From a virus (lineage: Duplodnaviria; Caudoviricetes), in IMG/VR virus record IMGVR_UViG_3300037755_000446, positions 1 through 38,519 of that record: a stretch of 38,519 nt of DNA; one strand, 5' to 3'. Below, piece by piece: positions 33,161 through 38,519 of the stretch (its first letter is position 1; every line of letters begins with the position of its first letter). The notes under the pieces were generated by a model. It saw only the letters and a list, made by a program, of their open reading frames with translations. It searched no databases and was not told the origin of the DNA. The translations under genes and the position numbers were made by a program.

Positions 33161-35458
33161 TCAGACCAGGTCGTTGGCCACGTAGCGCTGGAACGCGGAG
33201 TCGACCAGCACCTTGCAGGCGTTCCGCCAGTAGGCGTAGATGCCGCGCTGACCGGAGGGCCGGTTACTCCCCGTCGCGAACAGGTGCGGCACGAGCTCGA
33301 CGCTCATGCCGATCCGGTCCACGATCAGGAACTGGGAGAAGTCCCCGAACACGGCCTGCACGGTGTCGTTCGCAGCACCCTCGTCGAACGCGGGGATCTC
33401 GGAGTGACGGAGCGCCGGGTACCCGATCAGCTCCGGGGGGAGGCCGTCAGCGAGACGGACCCACAGGTTCGAGCCGCCGGAGGTGTCGAGCTGGCGGACC
33501 GCGTTGTAGAAGCTGCGGTGAGCGAGCCAGGTCGCATTGTCGAGCCACCGGTCGTCCAGGGCCTCCTCGGTGGCGTAGACGTCCCCGACCGCGAACGTCG
33601 ATGCCGTCGCGGGGTCCACGTTGTTCGTGGTACCCGTGAGCAGGCCCTCCGGGTTCGGCGGCGTGCCGTTGCCGGTCATGAACGACGTGGCCTCCTCGGT
33701 CCGCTTGGCGTCGGCGAGGACCATGGTGATCTCCGACTTCATCCGCGCCCAGTCCGCCTCCAGCTCCAGCGAGAACGGCACGAAGGCGTCCACGCGGGTC
33801 GCCTGCACCGTCGGCTGGCCCAGGGTGAACGAGTCGTCGTCGGACTCGTCGGCCTCACCGGAACGACCGACCGTCACGCCCGCAGAAGTCACGCCCTGCC
33901 ACTCCTTGCCGACGATCTGCTCCACGCGCGAGATCTGGCGCAGCGGGTCGTTCACACCGGCGCTGGTCAGGATGATCGACGGGTCGAGCTGGAACGGGAC
34001 CGCGAACCCGCCCGCCGAGTCCGTGCCGAGGGACAGCGCACGCTGCTCCTCGGAGGTCAGACCGCCCTGGCCGTTCTGCGCCAGCATCTTGCCGAACGCA
34101 CGGTCGTACACCGGGCTGCCCGTGGTCAGGATCCGACGAGCCAGGGTGCCCTTCTCGTCGTCCACCGAGTCGAGCAGCTTCTCGACCTGGGCCTGAGCGG
34201 CGGAACGGTCCTTGGCGCCCGGGAACCTGCCCTGCTCGATGGCGCGCATCGCGTTGTCGCGGTACAGCTTCGGCAGGTCGTCGATGCTGCGGGCCTGGTT
34301 GCGAAGCTCGCTCAGGTCGTAGATGTTCTCCGGGCGACGGGCGGTGCCCGGGGCCGACGTCGGGCGAACCCGCTCGGTGGCGCCCGGGTTCTCGGACAGG
34401 GCGCGGATGCGCTCCTGCCGGGCCTGGGCGTCCGCGATGGCGCGCTCGTGAGTGTCGTACTCCTCGCTGATGGAGTCGAACTCGGTGCGTGCCTCCTCGG
34501 ACAGCTCGGAGCCGGCGTACTCGGTGTCGATCTCGGCGAGGCGGGCACGGATCTCCGACTGGCGGGCCGCGCGCTCCTCGATCGTCATGGTCTCCATGGG
34601 GAGACTCCTTTCGGGGGTCGTCTTGGTCTTGCTCACGGCCGCGGAGTGCTTCACGGGCGGGTCCTCGGAGTGCGTCGCCTCAGGGGCGGGCGGGTCCTCG
34701 GAGTGCCGGGTAGGCGGGTCCTCGGGCTGACCGGCCACAGGAGCGGCCGGAATCTTGGGGATGCGCAGCGCCTGGCTGCGCGCGACGGCGTCCTCGAACG
34801 CGTCGGGGTCGCGGCGACGAAGCCGCTCGTAGAACTGGTCCGTCGTGGACCGCAGGCCGGTCGTCGAGTTCGTCGCGGGGGACGCGGGGAACACCGTCGG
34901 GCCGAACTCGATCATCCGGACCTCCTTGATGGTCCGTTCCGCGATGCCGCGCGGGTTGCTCTCGCTCGGCTCCGGCTCCTCGTCCCACTCGTCACGCAGG
35001 ACCTGGAACCGGAACGACTGACCGTACGCACCAGCAGCCAGCGCGGGCGCCAGATCGCGGTTGTACGACGTGTCGAACAGGGGCGTCTCGGCGTAACCTC
35101 CGCCGTCGCGCTCCTCCAGAACCTCGGGGACACCCAGCGGCTTGTCGCCCACCATGGGGTCGAGACCGTGCTCGAGGAGGACGCGGATCGGAGTCTCGCC
35201 GGAGCGGTTCTTCATCGTCCGCTTGAACGCACCAGGTGCGATCCGCTCGATGAAGTTGCCCTCCATCCACGAGTTGATCTCGTACGGAGAGTCGAACAGG
35301 GAGAAGTGGCCGACCATCGTGCCCAGACCGGTCGCCTCCACCTCCGGGTCGTCACCCTCGGCACGCAGGGTGATCGACTGGTCCAGCGCGCGGCACACCG
35401 GGACGTCGAGCGTCACCGGCGGCGCCGCGCGCATGGCCTCTTCGTCAGGCGTTGTCAT
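33161..35458 (-). CDS. Fused HK97-type prohead protease and major capsid protein
   Basis: Protease motifs (FIERIAPGAF, LLEHG, QSFRF, EFGPTVFPA), Pro-rich linker, coiled coil, then capsid motifs (AGGFAVP, G.G...PEGLL, VFGDFSQFLIVDR). Confidence 0.93.
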   Translation of the reverse strand: MTTPDEEAMRAAPPVTLDVPVCRALDQSITLRAEGDDPEVEATGLGTMVGHFSLFDSPYEINSWMEGNFIERIAPGAFKRTMKNRSGETPIRVLLEHGLDPMVGDKPLGVPEVLEERDGGGYAETPLFDTSYNRDLAPALAAGAYGQSFRFQVLRDEWDEEPEPSESNPRGIAERTIKEVRMIEFGPTVFPASPATNSTTGLRSTTDQFYERLRRRDPDAFEDAVARSQALRIPKIPAAPVAGQPEDPPTRHSEDPPAPEATHSEDPPVKHSAAVSKTKTTPERSLPMETMTIEERAARQSEIRARLAEIDTEYAGSELSEEARTEFDSISEEYDTHERAIADAQARQERIRALSENPGATERVRPTSAPGTARRPENIYDLSELRNQARSIDDLPKLYRDNAMRAIEQGRFPGAKDRSAAQAQVEKLLDSVDDEKGTLARRILTTGSPVYDRAFGKMLAQNGQGGLTSEEQRALSLGTDSAGGFAVPFQLDPSIILTSAGVNDPLRQISRVEQIVGKEWQGVTSAGVTVGRSGEADESDDDSFTLGQPTVQATRVDAFVPFSLELEADWARMKSEITMVLADAKRTEEATSFMTGNGTPPNPEGLLTGTTNNVDPATASTFAVGDVYATEEALDDRWLDNATWLAHRSFYNAVRQLDTSGGSNLWVRLADGLPPELIGYPALRHSEIPAFDEGAANDTVQAVFGDFSQFLIVDRIGMSVELVPHLFATGSNRPSGQRGIYAYWRNACKVLVDSAFQRYVANDLV

Positions 35459-36788
35459 CGCTGTTCCCTTCGTCTTCGGACGTACCGACGTCCGCTGGCT
35501 GGGCCTCTGGCTGAACCTGCACGCTCGGCAAACCCGTGTGCTTGAGCAGGGCCCAGTCGTTGTTCTTCACGGCGAGCACGATGGACTCGGGCTTGAACCC
35601 GCTGTCCGCGAGGGTGCGGATGGTCTGTGCTTCCTTGCCCTGGACCGTCGCCGACACCTCGGCGTCCTCGCGCATGAACGGCATGTCGCGCGTGTCGTAC
35701 CAGAGCTGCGCGCCGTCGGGCGGCTTGACCAAGGTCTCGAGCGAAGCCGCGGCGTTGGACCACAGGTGATGCATGGTCCCGTCAGCGAACCGCCGGCGAG
35801 CGGCGTTGAAGTTGCCCGCGTTGAGCGCCGAGCCCTGCAGCCCCTCGGAGAAGCCGACCCATGACGGCGGGACACCAGCGGCGGATGCCAGGCGGGACTC
35901 ACCCTTGCCCTGGGTGGTGGAGAACTCCATCTGCCGGAAGTCGTTGCCGAGCGGCATTACATCGGCGCCGCCGCCGAGGTAGAGCGTTTTATAGGCATTG
36001 AACGCGCCCTTATGCTCCGCCTCCATGAGCTCCTTGAACTCACGGACCTGCTCCAGCGTCTGGGAGGCGTCGAACTTGATCGCCATGTTCGGACTCGCCG
36101 CATTCTCGAAGTAGCGGCGCTTGTGAATCAGTGCCAGGTCGTCCGACTGGACATCACGCAGCACGGTCGACGGCCAAGCCATCCCGAGGAAGTTGTTGTC
36201 CGGGTCCGGGATCGGGGCGTACATCGCGAACTGCTCCGGGAGCAGCACCGTTCCGCGCGCGTTCGGCGGCTTGTAGATCAGGCCCGCGATCTCCGCGTCA
36301 CCCGCCTCGTTCGGGTGGTCCGCATCCTCCTCTGAGCCGATGACCACCGTGCACCACAGCGGCTGCAGGACCTTCAAGCGGCCCGGCAGGCGACGCACGA
36401 ACGACGTGCCAGCCAGCGACACGTCGAGCTCCATGCGCGCCAGGAGGTCACCCGTCGTGCCGCCCTTCCACGGCCGCTCCAGAAGAGACAGCGCGGGAGT
36501 GCCGAACAGGTCGGTGCGCTTCCCGCCGGCGAACCGTGTGAACGCGAACCGTGCTTGCGCGAACACCTGCATCCTGGCCAGGACGAGCGAGAAGATCGGG
36601 CCGTTCGTCCGGTACGCCGACGCCGCGGATGACGCGGGCTGCTCCTGGTTCGGGGACCAGGACTGCGTCAGGAACGGGGCGTACGACGGGCCGAAGAACT
36701 CCGCCCAGTCGTTCACGGACAGGCTCGAACGCGCCTCGCCAGCAGGTGACGACTGGCGCGACGGCAGCAGGCTTTCCCAGAGCTTCAA
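35445..36788 (-). CDS. Portal protein (HK97 family)
   Basis: TTG start at 36788 (GGAG RBS, TTGA overlap); RYFENAASP, NAYKTLYLGGGAD, RLASAAGVPP. Confidence 0.9.
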   Translation of the reverse strand: MKLWESLLPSRQSSPAGEARSSLSVNDWAEFFGPSYAPFLTQSWSPNQEQPASSAASAYRTNGPIFSLVLARMQVFAQARFAFTRFAGGKRTDLFGTPALSLLERPWKGGTTGDLLARMELDVSLAGTSFVRRLPGRLKVLQPLWCTVVIGSEEDADHPNEAGDAEIAGLIYKPPNARGTVLLPEQFAMYAPIPDPDNNFLGMAWPSTVLRDVQSDDLALIHKRRYFENAASPNMAIKFDASQTLEQVREFKELMEAEHKGAFNAYKTLYLGGGADVMPLGNDFRQMEFSTTQGKGESRLASAAGVPPSWVGFSEGLQGSALNAGNFNAARRRFADGTMHHLWSNAAASLETLVKPPDGAQLWYDTRDMPFMREDAEVSATVQGKEAQTIRTLADSGFKPESIVLAVKNNDWALLKHTGLPSVQVQPEAQPADVGTSEDEGNSDDNA

Positions 36789-36934
36789 GGTCGCCGCTCC
36801 AGGTTCATGACCCCAGCCACGCCGATGAGCGCGCCGGCCGACATCAGGGCCGCGGGGACGTCGATCGCCAGGCCGATGCCAGCGACCAGGAGCAGGCACC
36901 CCAGGATGAGGAGAACAGCAGCCGTGCGCGTCAT
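36785..36934 (-). CDS. Small membrane protein (49 aa) between terminase and portal
   Basis: GAGGAGG RBS, two hydrophobic helices. Confidence 0.75.
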   Translation of the reverse strand: MTRTAAVLLILGCLLLVAGIGLAIDVPAALMSAGALIGVAGVMNLERRP

Positions 36935-36947
36935 GGTGACCTCCTCG

Positions 36948-38474
36948 TCAGGTGAGAAAGAACGGGGCTGGCTTGGCGGGCGGTAGGCGCTCTGCGCACC
37001 ACATCGCCCAGGTCGCCGCCTCGAGCATGGAGATATCGCCGTCCTTGCGGCCGAACACCTTGCGATCGCCGACCTTGCGCCACTGAGCCGACGACACGGC
37101 ATCGTTCAGCACCGTGTAGTCGCCGTGCTCGATGCTCGAGGTGCGCACGGCCTTGTCGAGGTCCGAGCACGCCTGCACGTAGTCGTCGAGTCCGCCGCGC
37201 GTCACCTTCACGCCCGCGTCCTCAAGGTCACGGATCAGGTAGTCCGCAGGCCCCTTCGCATCCAGAGCCACCGCGCAACCCCGCTCGGACTGGATGCGCT
37301 TCACCTCGGAGACGAAAAGATCCTGCTCCTCGGCGCGAACCCGGAGCGTCGAGCCTAGGTGGGTACGTGTGCCGGCTGATGCTGCACCCAGCGACAGCCA
37401 CACCTGATCCACGTCGGCCGCGACGCCGAGCGCCGTCGGCTCGCTGGGTGGGATCGTTGTCGCCAGGTTCGCCCACGTGGGGAAGATCGAGTTACCCGAC
37501 TCGAGCAGCCGGGGCCACATGTTCAGGTACTGGGCCGCCCAGCCGCGTACAGGGTCCGGATCGTCGAACTCCGGCTCATCCTGGCCAGCCAGCGCCGCCG
37601 CGTACTTCTTCGCGATCAGCGTCCGACGAGCCTCGGTCCAGTGAGCCGACGCCGCCTTCCACGTCGCCTCGTCCGCGACATCCGCATCCGGGTGTGCACC
37701 CCACAGGAGGAGCAGCACATCCCGGTCCGCGTTGCGCAGAGCGGCAACCAGGCGACGGCGCATGAGCGACGTCGCCTTCACGTGCGCCGTCGAAGTCAGG
37801 TGCAGCTGCGGCCAGGTCCGCTCGAGCAACGCAGGCTCGAGGCCCTCCGTGATCGCCGTCGGATCCACGCCCCACGACTCGTCCACCTGGCCGTAACAGA
37901 CGTCGTAGCCGTACACAGCATTCTCGGCACGGAGCAGCCACCGGTCATCCGCGGTCGCCTGAACTTCCTGCGCGCCGCCGAGCCGGATCACGTTCCACCC
38001 GCGACGCTCCGCCCACGACCACGCCGGCCTGTGGATCTCCTTGCCCACGGCCAAGTCTTTGGACACCAGCATCGCGAGCTGTGTCTCACCGATGCGCTCA
38101 GCGTTCGCGATCCGCCACAGAGCCGAGACCCGAAGCCGCACCGACTTGCCGATACGCCGAGGACCCGAGTCCACGATCTCGCTGTACACGAGGTCGCCGT
38201 TCTCGTCGTGCTCGAGCTGCCGCGTGATCGCCAACGCCTGCCACCACCGCGGCGTGACACGCATCTCGCGCTTCGCCCACTCCAGGCACTCGGCGCCATA
38301 CGAACCAACCGCGCGAGGGTGCCGAGGAGACATCGCCAGAGGGATCGCGGCGTCGGCCGGCACGTCGCGAAACTCCGCCAGCCACGGCGACTCGTACACC
38401 GCCGCCATCGCGTCGCCACGCGCCTCGAGGATCCCCGAGAGAGTTACAGGCGGGGCAAGCGTCGTGACGGTCAC
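36948..38474 (-). CDS. terL: Terminase large subunit
   Basis: Walker A GPRRIGKS, Walker B VDE, TSTA coupling motif, C-terminal nuclease domain; GTG 38474 preceded by AGGAGGG. Confidence 0.92.
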   Translation of the reverse strand: MTVTTLAPPVTLSGILEARGDAMAAVYESPWLAEFRDVPADAAIPLAMSPRHPRAVGSYGAECLEWAKREMRVTPRWWQALAITRQLEHDENGDLVYSEIVDSGPRRIGKSVRLRVSALWRIANAERIGETQLAMLVSKDLAVGKEIHRPAWSWAERRGWNVIRLGGAQEVQATADDRWLLRAENAVYGYDVCYGQVDESWGVDPTAITEGLEPALLERTWPQLHLTSTAHVKATSLMRRRLVAALRNADRDVLLLLWGAHPDADVADEATWKAASAHWTEARRTLIAKKYAAALAGQDEPEFDDPDPVRGWAAQYLNMWPRLLESGNSIFPTWANLATTIPPSEPTALGVAADVDQVWLSLGAASAGTRTHLGSTLRVRAEEQDLFVSEVKRIQSERGCAVALDAKGPADYLIRDLEDAGVKVTRGGLDDYVQACSDLDKAVRTSSIEHGDYTVLNDAVSSAQWRKVGDRKVFGRKDGDISMLEAATWAMWCAERLPPAKPAPFFLT

Positions 38475-38519
38475 GGATGCCCTCCTGTCCAATTCCGACC
38501 CAGGAGAGAGAAGAAAGAG

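Larger units (their letters stand above)
1..38519 (-). mobile_element. Temperate actinobacteriophage (siphovirus) genome, excised/virion arrangement, both ends truncated
   Basis: Ordered terminase-portal-capsid-tail-lysis, integration/immunity and replication modules. WhiB and Lsr2 domains plus high GC point to an actinobacterial host. attP is intact in mid-window and no host genes are seen. Confidence 0.95.

Noticed and set aside
33284-35545. Long plus-strand ORFs (33284-35545, 27574-28974, 28142-29398, 18348-19514, 4209-5168 and others)
   Set aside because: These are antisense shadows of well-supported minus-strand genes, expected from high-GC codon bias, with no recognisable motifs.
1-38519. 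Integrated prophage with host flanks
   Set aside because: attP is intact and internal, and there are no host genes or attL/attR junctions in the window.

Overview
The whole window is a near-complete GC-rich temperate siphovirus genome of an actinobacterial host. It is truncated at both ends, and almost all genes are on the minus strand. From right to left the late region contains terminase, portal, a fused protease-major capsid gene, an Lsr2-domain protein, head-tail and tail genes, a tail chaperone with a -1 frameshift, a tape measure protein with an NlpC/P60-like domain, minor tail proteins, a lysis cassette and a post-lysis trio of fibre/spike-like genes. A bidirectional terminator follows, then a short plus-strand cassette led by an Ltp-type lipoprotein. 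An intact attP carries a tRNA-Leu-like 3' core and arm-site repeats, so this is the excised/virion form. Next come a tyrosine integrase preceded by an unusual DNA-binding gene and a repressor/Cro switch with clear operators. The long, translationally coupled early operon includes Xis, two HNH-AP2 endonucleases, a RecE-like exonuclease, WhiB, RuvC, a C5 methyltransferase with Vsr, an HNH protein, a replication initiator with an internal origin and a loader. The most notable observations are: (1) a dual-frame, modular, frameshifted methyltransferase locus; (2) a second copy of the switch operator/promoter 14 kb away, in front of a GSATVRA-repeat gene; (3) two paralogues of a small Zn-binding gene, each wedged into a normally adjacent functional gene pair; (4) strong in-frame internal start sites in three late genes; (5) a dual-HTH/Zn-ribbon gene between attP and int. 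All product calls come from motif recognition by eye; no database searches were run.
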